A DNA stretch of 63,829 bases, the filler included, from Folioceros fuciformis (lineage: Eukaryota): NCBI GenBank assembly GCA_049999805.1. It is 5 parts of 5 records of this genome, joined end to end, with 100 filler letters (N's around TTAATTAATTAA, not from the genome) between each part and the next. Parts side by side here need not be neighbours in the genome. Positions count along the whole stretch, not along the records: positions 21,616 to 34,614 come from JBNGIO010003397.1; positions 34,715 to 43,532 come from JBNGIO010003398.1; 3 more parts are not named here. One strand, 5' to 3'. Below the pieces are notes generated by a model. It ran no database searches. It saw only the letters and a list, made by a program, of their open reading frames with translations, and had not been told where the DNA came from. Shown piece after piece: positions 29,285 through 40,919 of the stretch. Made by a program: the position numbers and the translations under genes. How positions within the stretch are numbered: position 1 is the stretch's first letter; the number at the start of each line of letters is the position of its first letter.

Positions 29285-31954
29285 ATGCCTGTCAGTAACG
29301 TTCCACTGGATTCAGGCACATGGCGACATGATTTGTTGGTGGGACAATTTTCCCGGACCCCGGAGATCGGTGTGTTACCAGGAGGTCTAGGCCCGGCAAG
29401 GTGCAGCATCACTGCGAAGAGCCCAGTCCGTGCCGGGGAATGTGTGGCGGGGGAAAAGTCCCCCGGACAGGAGCTCTCGTGGCGGCAGTGTTTTCTGGAT
29501 CAGACAAGTTGGTGCGATAACAGGAAATGTGAAAGGAGCCCCGGCTTGCGTGATCTCCGTAATAAGGAGTCCCACGAGGTCCTCTCGTTGAACAACTTGA
29601 ACAGGCCAGCTAGGGTGGACGTACAGCAGACTTCTCTAACTGCGTTGTTGCTGGGTGGGCTTGACCGTGAGAGGATCGGTGTAGAGTTGTGGCCTGGAAC
29701 CGTTACCAAGTTATGTCAACATGGTCAGGTCCGGGAGGCTGTGGAGGCTCTTGGAGTTCTGGCGCAGACAAACTGCTATATTTCCACATCTGTATTCTTT
29801 GCCGTTATAAAGGAATGTCTTGTGAAGAGGGATCTGGTTCTGGGTCGCCGTGTTCATGCTCTCACTGTGAAGAAGGGATATGAGTCGGACCTGTTCTTGT
29901 GCCACCACATCATGCGAATGTACGCTTCTCACGCCATGTTGCAAGAAGCGATGGATGTGTTCACCGTTGTTACCAATCCAGATGTGTTCATGTGGTCTTG
30001 TGTAATTTCCGCACATGTTCAACATGGTCATGCTGATCGGGCCATACAGCTCTATCATCAAATGCGCGGGTCAAGTGTGAAGCCGGATGGCCATGTGTTT
30101 GTGGCTGCCCTAAAGGCTTGTGCAAGAGGGACAGACCTGAAAACTGGGCAGGAGGTGCATGCGGATATGCTGGCCAGCGGTGTTAAGCTTGATTTGTTTG
30201 TTTGTAGTGGCTTGGTGGACATGTATGCCAAGTGTGGCAGCTTGGAAGATGCTCAAAGGGTGTTCGATGGACTTCCTCAAAAGGATGCAGTCACGTGGAA
30301 CGCCTTGATAGCAGGATATTCCCAGCAGGGCATGGGTCAGGAAGCCCTTTCTCTTTACACTGCTATGCAGCATGAAGACCTTGCTGCACCTGATTGTGTG
30401 ACATTTGTGTGTGTCCTGCAGGCATGTGCCAGTGTGGGCAGTCTGGCTTTGGAGAAGGGAAAGGAGATACATAAAAAGATTCAGAAACAAGGACTTCGGG
30501 TTGATGTGATTCTAGGGTCCAGCCTTGTAAACATGTATGCAAAGTGTGGCAGCATCCGTGATGCTCAGGAGGTGTTTGATGGACTTCGTCAGAAAAATGT
30601 GGTGACATGGAACGCGATAATTGCAGGATACGCTCAGCAGAGCTTGGGTCAGACAGCCCTTCACCTTTACAACGCCATGCAAGAAGAACGCATATCTGCT
30701 CCCAATTCTGTGACGTTTGTGTGTCTTCTGCAGGCATGTGCGGCTGTTGGTCCCTCTGTTTTGGAGCAGGGAAAGCAGCTCCATAGACAGATTGAGGAAC
30801 AAGGACTTCATGCAGACATGGTCATAGGTTGCAGCCTGGTGACAATGTACTCAAAGTGTGGCAGCCTGGAGGATGCTCAAAGCGTGTTTAACGGGCTTCC
30901 ACAAAAGGATGTGGTGACGTGGACTGCTCTCATATCAGGATATTCTCAGCAAGGAATGGGTGAGGAAGCCCTAAGTCTCTACAGTGCCATGCAACAAGAA
31001 GGCTTTGCTCCACCTGATTCCGTCACATTTGTCTGCCTGCTGCAAGCTTGTGCAAGTGTGGCAGCTCTAAATGCAGGGAGGCAGCTTCATGCACAGATCG
31101 GTCAACGAGGGCTTCAAGGTGATGAATTTGTAGCTATCAGCTTGATAAACATGTATGCAAAATCCGGGTGCATGGTTGAAGCGCAGGAGGTGTTTGATGC
31201 ACTGCCCGAACGAGACATTGTCGCCTGGAATGCATTGATCGCAGGATACACACGTCAAGGAGACAGTGAGCTGGTATTTGACCTGGTCCTTAGAATGAGA
31301 GAGGAAGGTATACAGCCAAATGGCGTCACATTCCTTAGTGTGTTAACAGTATGCAGCCATGCAGGTCTTGTGAACCAGGGCCGAGAGTGTTTTGAGGATA
31401 TGAGCAGACACTATGGCATCACTCCCATCGCAGAGCACTACTCATGCATGGTGGATCTCCTGGGACGTGCAGGTCGGCTGAACGAGGCACTGGGGGTGGT
31501 GAGGACAATGCCCTTACAGCGCGATGGAGTGTGGCGCACACTGCTGAGTGCTTGTCAAAAGTGGAGCAATGTGGAGGTGGGACTGCATGCTTTCAGTGAG
31601 GCTGTCAAACTAGATGAAACAGATGCTGCAGCATATGTGTTGATGTCCAACATATATGCTGGCGCCCAGATGTGGGAGCAAGCAATGGAGATGCAGGAAA
31701 AGAGAAAAGGGATGAAGGCATGGAAGCAACCTGGCCAAAGCTGGTGGACAGACGAGGAGGGACTGGTGCATACTTTTTTTGTTGGAGATAAACGACATTC
31801 TGAGATTGAAGGTATTTACGCCTGGCTTGAACAGCTTCTTCCTCAGATGATAGAAGCAGGGTATGTGCCACATAGGGGATTGTCATCGCAGGAATCTCAT
31901 GGTGGAATCGAAGCTCAATTACGAATGCACACCGCGAGGGCAGCCTTACCATAG
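29285..31954 (+). CDS. PLS-class pentatricopeptide repeat protein with E1/E2 and truncated WW-type DYW region (organellar RNA-editing factor family)
   Basis: Intronless ORF with its first ATG at 29285. It has P-L-S triplets, P2-L2-S2 (TFLSVLTVCSHAGLV, HYSCMVDLLGRAG), E motifs and KQPGQSWWTD..VHTFFVGD...GYVP. Confidence 0.95.
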   Translation: MPVSNVPLDSGTWRHDLLVGQFSRTPEIGVLPGGLGPARCSITAKSPVRAGECVAGEKSPGQELSWRQCFLDQTSWCDNRKCERSPGLRDLRNKESHEVLSLNNLNRPARVDVQQTSLTALLLGGLDRERIGVELWPGTVTKLCQHGQVREAVEALGVLAQTNCYISTSVFFAVIKECLVKRDLVLGRRVHALTVKKGYESDLFLCHHIMRMYASHAMLQEAMDVFTVVTNPDVFMWSCVISAHVQHGHADRAIQLYHQMRGSSVKPDGHVFVAALKACARGTDLKTGQEVHADMLASGVKLDLFVCSGLVDMYAKCGSLEDAQRVFDGLPQKDAVTWNALIAGYSQQGMGQEALSLYTAMQHEDLAAPDCVTFVCVLQACASVGSLALEKGKEIHKKIQKQGLRVDVILGSSLVNMYAKCGSIRDAQEVFDGLRQKNVVTWNAIIAGYAQQSLGQTALHLYNAMQEERISAPNSVTFVCLLQACAAVGPSVLEQGKQLHRQIEEQGLHADMVIGCSLVTMYSKCGSLEDAQSVFNGLPQKDVVTWTALISGYSQQGMGEEALSLYSAMQQEGFAPPDSVTFVCLLQACASVAALNAGRQLHAQIGQRGLQGDEFVAISLINMYAKSGCMVEAQEVFDALPERDIVAWNALIAGYTRQGDSELVFDLVLRMREEGIQPNGVTFLSVLTVCSHAGLVNQGRECFEDMSRHYGITPIAEHYSCMVDLLGRAGRLNEALGVVRTMPLQRDGVWRTLLSACQKWSNVEVGLHAFSEAVKLDETDAAAYVLMSNIYAGAQMWEQAMEMQEKRKGMKAWKQPGQSWWTDEEGLVHTFFVGDKRHSEIEGIYAWLEQLLPQMIEAGYVPHRGLSSQESHGGIEAQLRMHTARAALP

Positions 31955-32055
31955 TGAACTGGTGAGAATACCCACAGATATAGTTACTTTGCCGCTCTGT
32001 AGTATAATCTCTTCGTTCGTTGTTGGGAGGATTTCGGAGCTAACTAGGTGCGTGG

Positions 32056-34563
32056 TTACAAATTGATGAGATCAGCGTCGGAGACAGACGAACGGCGATC
32101 TTTCCGCTCCTGCAATGCTGCGTGCACTGAGTGGCTGCCGTGTCTTGCACTTCTTCCTGGCGAGAACACGTCTGACTCGGCTCGCCCTCTGGTCTGACCA
32201 GCAGTGGTGCCCCGAGAAGATGCAAATGATGGCTCTCTCCCACTAGCTGTTGTCGCCTTCAAAGAAAGTTGAAACTCGTCGATCTCTTCTTGCAAACGTG
32301 CCATCTGAATCACGATACCACTTACGTTAGTGGCCCCTCCACCCATCGGGCTATGGGCCTCAGGCTGCAGACAGTGAAATGGCTAGCACTACAGGGCTTC
32401 CACATTCATCACATACCCGGACTTTGTTTTGGTGCTGCTTGTCCATGAGTGACGTGAGAACGGTCGACAAACTGCATCCAATGCCCACATCAACAAGAAG
32501 CTTCTTTTTCTCAAAATGCCGGGTTATTCAGAGGTCCACTCAAAACTAGTAAAGTTTCCAGCCAGAGAAAAGAACTCGCCAGTATTCCAGAAGTTTTGAA
32601 AGCGACGTCTGATACATGGCAGAGTGGTGCACGGCAGCAAGTGGATGCATTTGGCCATTCCTGCAAATCCAAGCGAACTTCAAAATGACTGGCGCCCATG
32701 ACCGGTTGAAAACCTATGAGCTCTTATGTCATATGAAACCAGAAAGCTTACCGAGAGCAATTCATGAGGGCTTGCTTGTAAGCTGCTTGCTCTTCAGTAA
32801 ACAAAATCCTCTGCAAATCAACCAAAGGACTTCGAAGAGACGAGGCCTTCAAAAGCGTGTGCACAGGAACAACCTCTAGTGGGATCTCTTTCCGAATGTA
32901 ATCTGCGCCACTGCACAATGCCTGTCAATCTCAGAAGCATAATGCAAAACACAAAAACTCCATGCTCCCTCCAGTTACTGAAGAAAAGAACCGTCAAACA
33001 AGCAAGATACCTGAACTCATAGTTAGGAAGGTGCATGAATTTGCGTCAGTCAGTTATATTGAAGAACACAACCTTCACGTAAGGAACGGTACCTGTACTC
33101 ATAGTTTGATAAGAGCATAGCTTCTTGCAGGCTCCCAGAGAGTTCCGCAGAATCTTCCTCCGATGACACACCTTTCAACTTTGCATGAGTACCTCCAGCT
33201 GCATTGTCGGACATGGTGAAGAGCTGCTGCAATTCCAAAGCTTGACTTTGCTTTCCTGATCCCTGAAACATGACATCCCCTAAGATAAGACCCCTCGGGT
33301 TTAAACCCCTGCAGTGCATTCAGAACTGGTGCACTAGATCTGAGCACAAACAAACTCAAGAGTCCATTTCACCGTGAAAGCTGTCCCGACTGAATGATCC
33401 TTCCCTTCCACATCACTGCTGCTGCTTTCCCCACCAAGGATAATAGTGCCAAGCACAGGCTGTGCCACAGGTATTCCAATGACTGTGTTTGGACTACCAG
33501 CAGAAGGCCATGAACTCTGTTGCTGTGGAGCTCGCCACGCTGCATCTCTCGCACTCTTTCCATCTAGAGACTGAAATGCAATAACCTGAATTCGGCCCCC
33601 CTGCAGTCATGGCTCCACACCAATCCCTCAGACAACGCTTTCTCAACAGGGGATGGACTAAGACTGGCTCCTAGCAGTTACCTTCCTAAAGGACAACGTA
33701 CCTTAATGCCGTCTTCATTGAAGCAAGAGAAAATGAGGCCTACAAATCCTGAGTCCAGCATTTGGTACATTCTCTGTGTCCGGACATCTACGACAAGATA
33801 TCGTTTTAGCACCGATCGGGCATCTACACAACAGAGGTACAAGAACCTTGCCCGGCAGGTTCTTGTAAGCGCACAACGAGAGCAACCAGAAGTAGAATCC
33901 TCACCAACATGCGAAGGCATTACAGTGATATGAGGATGTGAATGGTACCAGCCAATCACTCTAGTGTTCCGTCCAATTTCCACAGATATCTTGTATTCCG
34001 CAATTAAGGGAAACACTCCGGATGGTAGGCATGCCTACAGCTAAGATGGATTCGCAGATCAAAAAGAAGGTCATGAAAGAACGACATCCCGCGGCAAGAG
34101 CTTTGGAACCCAAGCAAGGAGTGTGACGCTCTTCTTCTCCTAAACTCGATTAGGATATTTCAGCTTGACTTGCGGCCGCTGCCAGCTGCTCGGGGTTGGT
34201 TTCAACCCGATCCTTGCGCCGGTCAGACCGTGTCTGAGGAGCCACACTCCAAACCAGCGCAGTGACGCTGCCATTGTTGGAATACTGCAGCACCAGCGCA
34301 AGTCAGCTACTGGCCGCTCGTAAGTTTGCTTCTCTCGCCCGCCTGCTTGCAAATTCACATTCACTTCCTAACTCAACATTCACCCTGACGACATCTTTGC
34401 ACCTGAGCCAATAGCCTACACTGCGCAAAGCCACTCCGGCCCGGAAACAGACCTCAATTTCACCAAACAGAAGGCCCATGATCTCCTCCGTCTCAGTGGA
34501 CAAGGCATGCGTGAGGCAGGTCAGGTATGCATCTTCGGTAATTTTCACAGCAGTTAACGACAT
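32056..34563 (-). CDS. BRCC36: BRCC36-like Lys63-specific JAMM/MPN+ deubiquitinase (multi-exon)
   Basis: MSLTAVKITEDAYLTCLTHALSTETEEIMGLLFG, RSDRRKDRVETNPEQLAAA, VIGWYHSHPHITVMPSHV/DVRTQ.MYQMLDSGFVGLIFSCF. Confidence 0.93.
33993..34158 (-). other. U12-type AT-AC intron in BRCC36
   Basis: 5' end ATATCCTAA, branch-like TTCCCTTAAT about 10 nt before a terminal AC. Removal joins SQAE to KISVEIGRNTRVIGWYH in frame. Confidence 0.9.
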
Positions 34564-34614
34564 CTTCACAAGACAACCTGAGAACCACTGGTAGCAGAAC
34601 ACTAGATCATGCAC

Positions 34615-34714
34615 NNNNNNNNNNNNNNNNNNNNNNNNNNNNNNNNNNNNNNNNNNNNTTAATTAATTAANNNNNNNNNNNNNNNNNNNNNNNNNNNNNN
34701 NNNNNNNNNNNNNN
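34615..34714. other. Artificial contig spacer
   Basis: 44N-TTAATTAATTAA-44N. Confidence 0.97.
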
Positions 34715-34722
34715 AGTCTGTT

Positions 34723-36826
34723 CTACTTAGTGTAGAGGATGTCGTAATGTCCTGGCCGGTAAAGCAACGTTACAAGGATTTCGACGCTGCTCTTCTGGTC
34801 CTCGGGAATGTTGGTGGGGATGAAGTCATGGTGATTCACTTCCGTGGACTTGCCGGATCCAATACTGCTGCGGTCCAGGTACACCACGCGCACCGGAACG
34901 CCCAACGCGTCTGATAGGGCTATAATGTGCACATGGTCACTCTCTTCTCCCATGGGCTCCACCGATGCTTTACAAAACTGCAGCACCGGCAAGGTGAGGT
35001 TGTTGCAACGAATTGGGCTTGTGGAACGACATGTTAGCAAAGAAATACAACAATACAAAATGAGAATTGTTGGAGTTTTTGTTACCTGCACCACNNNNNN
35101 NNNNNNNNNNNNNNNNNNNNNNNNNNNNNNNNNNNNNNNNNNNNNNNNNNNNNNNNNNNNNNNNNNNNNNNNNNNNNNNNNNNNNNNNNNNNNNGAACAT
35201 GACGACTGAAAAAAGACTCTGACTACTGAGCACAATAAGGAAATCCGTAAAAAACCATCACTCAGGAAATAAGGATCTCAATCGAATACGGGCTCTGTGT
35301 CACGTACCGTAATTGGAGACATACTGGTCGCGGCAGCGTTCCACCAGCTGTTCCTGGCTGTACACACAAGAAGCGCTAGTCAAAGCCGAAGACTAACCAA
35401 CCAAACATTCGCGCTTCCTCACAGTAATCCATCCATCTGGCTTCATCGAAGAAAACTGAAGAAAACACACAACCTGATGGAAGTGTCTCTGCCAGGTAAA
35501 ACGCTCTCCAGCTGCTCAACAAAGATCTGAAACCATGAGATGAGACCCGTTACTGGTAGTGAGTTAGGCTAATCAGAAACAGGTACAAGAATTCGGGTGA
35601 TCAAGAAACAAGCTGCCGTACGGAAAGGAAGTCTTCAAATGTGAATTCGGCATAACCAAGCTCCAGTAATGTCTTCCGGCACTCATCAATGTTCCTTTGA
35701 ACACGTGCTACCTCTGATTCATTTTTTGTTTCAAGAATATGCTCCTATTCTTACATACACACACACAAGAGGCACAAGTCAGAGATGCCGGCATCGTCAT
35801 TTGGTTTACGCAGTGAGGACGAGAGGGTCTGCAGCGTACCAGATAGGAAAACATAAAACTCCGAAAGAAGCAATTTCCGTCACCGCGCGTCCGTCGAATA
35901 GCCCCATAGATCTCGCATAATTTCTGAGATAATGTCAGCATGTTAGCCTCCGTGATTGGCTACCGACCTTCAGTCATATTCCCTGCTTCAATTAATAAAA
36001 TATACTACGGATGATCTACGATCCAGATATCGATGTATCCAATCGCTATGGGGACATGCCCCTGCACCCAGGAATGTGCTAGCTTGCTGGTGCAAGCCAC
36101 CCGATGCACTCAAGGGACAGACAATTGAAGACAACAGGTCTTCGTACCTCCACTTTCTCCTTGAAAACAGGGTTGCCCATGTCATACTCCGCTGCAAGCA
36201 CAGATAGAGGCTCCTACAGACCAAAGGAAAGCATATTAAGCCAGGATCCTCTGGTACCGAGCCATCACACAAGTAACACCAAAGCTCAACAAATTTCCTC
36301 CTAAAATGCTTCTAGACATGAAGGAACGAACGAGCGATACATAGATCCCTATCTTGTAAGGACTCCGACGAAATGATTTGAGATGGACATTGTGCAGCGG
36401 ACCATCCCTTCCAATGCCAGGTCTTAACCCTAATAATCTGAAAATCTTATGCCCCAACCTGGTGCACCTAAAACCTCCCTACTCCGACACCATGAGCTGC
36501 ACCTATCGCTGGCTGCAAAGGAAGAGAAACTGAACAGCTCATGATGAGGCCGACTAGCAAAGGGAAGGCTGCAAAACAGATATCACGATACCGCTCCAGG
36601 GTTGCATGGCTGAAATACAGTGACAGGGGAAATACCACAGACCTGAATCCTACACAAGACAGAAACCGACCTAAATCGTACACAAGACAGAAATCAGAGG
36701 AGACTCCACCTTATCTCCCACAAACTCCATTTTTGCAGCATCCGCGGCCCTGAGAGAGTACTGGTACTCGAGTATTTCATCATCCCTAGGCCGGTCCTCC
36801 TCCGGATCCACAACGCACCCGTCCAT
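34723..36826 (-). CDS. OTU1: Otubain-like (OTU) deubiquitinase, multi-exon, with an internal gap
   Basis: DDEIL..FVGDK, YGAIRRTRGDGNCFFRSFMFSYL (catalytic Cys), VEPMGEESDHVHIIALSDALGVPVRVVYLDRS and LLYRPGHYDILY (catalytic His). Confidence 0.93.
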
Positions 36827-39800
36827 GAGGCACCACACAAGACAGCGCCAGCAGAAGGAGGAAGGATCAAGACCGCGGGCACGCAATTCGCACAATACAA
36901 GCCTGAGGCCGCGCCGGATTGCTCCTTCCCACCACTTCCAGTCCAGGAAGGCGAGCAGATCCGTGGCAAAGGCCAGATAACCCGTGAAAAGAACGGGTAG
37001 ATGCAGTCACGGTCGGCCCCTGCGATCCATTTCCGCCGATACAGACCTCCTCCTCGGCTATAGCCGCAGTGTCAGCACATCTCCCAGCAGCAGAGGGAAA
37101 TGCACACCAACTCCACCAGCATCCAGATACTTCCACACACGAGCGCCAGAACCCCAAACCAACCTATAATTGCCTGGTTCCAAGGTCCCGGGATTGCCGG
37201 ACCCGAAAACTAACCCGGCCGGCCTCGACCTCCTCGCAACTGCAGCACCCGAATGCAGCCGAGCCGAGCTGAGCAGAAGGAGGGATGCGGCAACCTGCGA
37301 GTACGCACACAGAGCCGGAATCGAAATCGGAACCGGAACAGGGAGCTGCTTCCTCGGCTCAGCAGCGGCGGGCGTGGGATTCAAGACGGGCCGAGAGACG
37401 AATTTGAGGCGGATTCCACAGCGGTGTCGTGTGGAGGGCGAGGACGAGGACGAAGGCGCCGGCGCAGGCTGGCGATGCGGCTGCAAACTGTGTGGATCAG
37501 ACGGTGCAACGGACATGGAACCCGAGACAGCTGCATATAAGCCTCTCCATGACCCTTTGGGACAAGCGAGGGAAAAGAACCGAGAACTTTGTCAGTCAGT
37601 TCTACGACGGGAACGCGCCACGTTGTTCATTGGTCCCTTGGTTTATGAATTTGTTAACCACTCTGCTTGCTTGTGAAGAAAAAGAAGTTCGCGATGAATC
37701 GAAAGAGGCCAACAGGATTAAACGTGTGTCATCCCATTTCAACCAACCCGCAGTGCATACGTTGCTCTCCGTCCCTGGGGCACGTCGTGGAACTGGTTCC
37801 AATGTGTACCACCTCATGCTCGCTTGTCCATTGGAGTCATGTGAGTTTAATAAAGTTTACATATTAATAGATATAGTATAAAATTCAATAGAGGTTATAG
37901 AGCCCTAGGCTACCAAAAGATATCGATACACGATAGAGCCATTGGAATCTCACGAGACAAAGGAATCTCACGAGACAAAGTAACAAAGCTATTGAAATTT
38001 ACGGCTCCTTGTTCTAAACAAGGTGGTCACGTTCCAAGGATGCAAACAGTGAGGACTCAAGACTAGTAGCATAAATTGAATACTGTGTCAGTCACTGAAT
38101 GGTGTCTGATGCCCTCATACCTCTCGTAAGCTGTCGGGATCCATTTGCTTTTCCAGCAATTGAACAAGAGCAAACTGCCAATAACCTGGAGGGGACTCCG
38201 AGGGTCTTGACATGCAATGAATTTGGTGGAAAGTTCTCCAATCAAAATCCCTTGAATCAGCAGCCTGGCAAGCTATGTAGACATTGCCGGACTGATAGGA
38301 CACTTAACAAAGCACCCTCAGGCTGGGGAGTGTGATCGCTGGAAAGACCCACTGATCTGAATGCCCGAATGCAGGGGATCCATACATATGTCTCAGTCGT
38401 ATACAGGTCAATGCCCAATGACGCTGGAAGTAGAAGTGGCCCAGAAGGGAGATAATCAAATATCGTTACCCTACATACAGCGTCGCTCTCCTGCTTAGAT
38501 CAGAAGATGGCTGCATGCTTAGAGCCACAAGTTGGATATGAATCACGGCAACATGCCTTTCAAGTTTGAAACAAGTATGCAGGTTCAGTGTCAAGTGGAA
38601 TAATCCATATCCATTTTCGGATGGTGACTTGAGATGAGCTTGGCTGCAAAATGTCTAATATGTGCAGCCATTTGGTGCAGCAGCTGGAGTTGCAGTAGGA
38701 GCATTCGCAAGACATGGCGTTAAATTTTGCGATGTGGCCTCCTACAGTTCCACGATGTTGTCCGCAAATCTTCTTGGATGGATGCAGGATGCAGGCCGCG
38801 TCACTGTTTCGAAATGGCCCAACTGGGCGAGCTAGCTGTGCGAGCACCTCCGTCACTGAAGGACTGACACAGAAGGAGGGGGACATCTTGACTTCAAGCA
38901 CAAGACGGACGTCCAAGGAGCCCCTGTGGCTGATGAGCACCTCTCATTGCGGGTTTGGTGGACTCGCAGCTAGCCACCGGACCTGTGTCTGGTGATAGTG
39001 ATCAGGGCTTAGAAACGCTGAACTTGTTGGTGTGATGCGAGGACTCCTACTCTCAATCGACCACAGTGACTCTCTACTCTCGCCGGAAACGAACAGACAC
39101 AAAACACAACTCCCTCCAGCAACATCATCAGCATCAGTAGCACGCGCATTGTTCCTCACCGACAAGGGCCTCACTTCACGCCGACCTCTTCACAACACTT
39201 GAAGCATACAGCACTAAATTCACCTGACCACCGTACGCAGAGCAGGGAATATGACACCAGATTCCTGAGCCTCCGTGACTCTGCCTCCTTCACGCTCAAC
39301 ATAGTCTCGTACTGCAGCGAGGAAACCCTAGACCCCCATCCTTCCAACTCATGCCGACCCCGGGGCTCTGCATGTCCACTGCCTGTCCTGGAAACGTGAT
39401 CCTCGTACGAAGAGAAAGCTTCAGCCTGAGCTTCGAGCTCGTCTACACGAGCAGACACAACGGACAACCGAGCGCAGAAGCGGTAGGGATCAAATGCTAG
39501 GCTAGGCTAGGCTCGCCTGTTCGTGGCACAGCGGCCGGAGCCTCCATTCTTCCGGCGGTAAATCCGTCTTCACAACCTCATACAGAATGCCGTAAGGATG
39601 ATCCGCGCGATCATGTTTCTGCATCCTCAAGCACTCCACCATCGCATCGTACATCGATTGTTCCACAACTTCCGAGGCGTGTTCTCCATGGGCCTCGAGG
39701 CTCCTGCAGCGACAAGAAACGAATCCGACTCCACCGAAAGGAAGACAGCCATTTTGGCCACCGCATCAGAACGCAAGCGTGGATCCCGTTCCTCTGCAAC

Positions 39801-40919
39801 GACTGGCCAGGGATCATCCCACCTCGGAGCCGATGCATTCTTGCTCAGCAGGCTGTACACTCCAAAGATGCCAAGGCGAACACACAGCGCTGCTCCCAGC
39901 GTAGCCGGCTAGAGAGGAGGCCGCTATCCCTACCTGGCAGCAAACAGACGTTTACTGTCGGCGTTATTGTTGCTTTATACATACTGTACGCTAAAAGTCG
40001 AGTCGTCTTTTACTCTAAGCATGTTGTTATATTATTTAAGATATTTAATGAGAGATTATGACGTGCTCTAAATCCTCCTGTTCCTTGGGAAGACAATGCT
40101 GTCGAGCCCACCAGAGGTGTGTACCAAGAACGGGAGGAGGAGAGGGGCAAAGCAGGAGGGGGCTGAGCCTGGATGCGAGAGATTCTCGCACGGAACCTCG
40201 GACGGGGCAGCGAATGGTGACCAGGCAGGCAGAGGTTCACAGAAAATGGAATGGAAATAAAAAATGTGGTGAAGGAAAGGGGCCAGATACAGTGTCCACA
40301 TACCAATGCACCAGTTCTAACGACGGCAGGGCCCGGTGCCACGCATCTGGACGGTCTCTCGTCCTCCTCAAAAAGCCGGAGTCGGCTACACAATCTCCAG
40401 CCAAACGGCTATGTACTCTTTGCCTGCCTTCAGGCGTCCTCAATCTTGAACACGCACACCCAGCACAACAGTGGGCTTTTCAGTGTAGCTCCTACCAGCA
40501 GGCCGAGGCCCAGGCCTATGCTCGCAGCAGCCTCCCAACGGCTCCTTGCGTGCCCTGTACTTGCCAACCGGTTCTGGCACAAAATTTCAGGCTGCCTCCA
40601 ACAGCCAAAAACTTGCTCCGCCCATCCTTTAAAGCCTCCCTGCCCGCAGGACAGGTCTGCCAACGTCTTCCCCTCCGCTTGTCCAGTCGCCCTCTGCCTG
40701 CTGCTGCGCCTGTGCCTGCTCCTGCTCTGCAATTGTGCAATTGCGCTAGCCTTGCCTCGCCCGCATCCGGGTCTGGTCCCGGCTTTGCCTTGCGTGCCAG
40801 GAGGCTGGGGAATGCTGTGTGCTGGGATATGACCCTGGTCCTGGCTCGGTAGTGGAGGAAGATTGTTGGGCGGTTGGGAGGAAGCTTGCTGCAGGAGGAG
40901 GAGGAGGAGGAGGAGGAAG

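Noticed and set aside
32056..36826. Two deubiquitinases (BRCC36 and otubain) in tandem, suggesting a DUB cluster
   Set aside because: An artificial spacer at 34615-34714 separates them, so physical linkage is unproven.
40010..40860. Overlapping ORFs of 127-264 aa upstream of the TPR gene
   Set aside because: No recognisable domain. They are compatible with a GC-rich leader or unresolved 5' exons.
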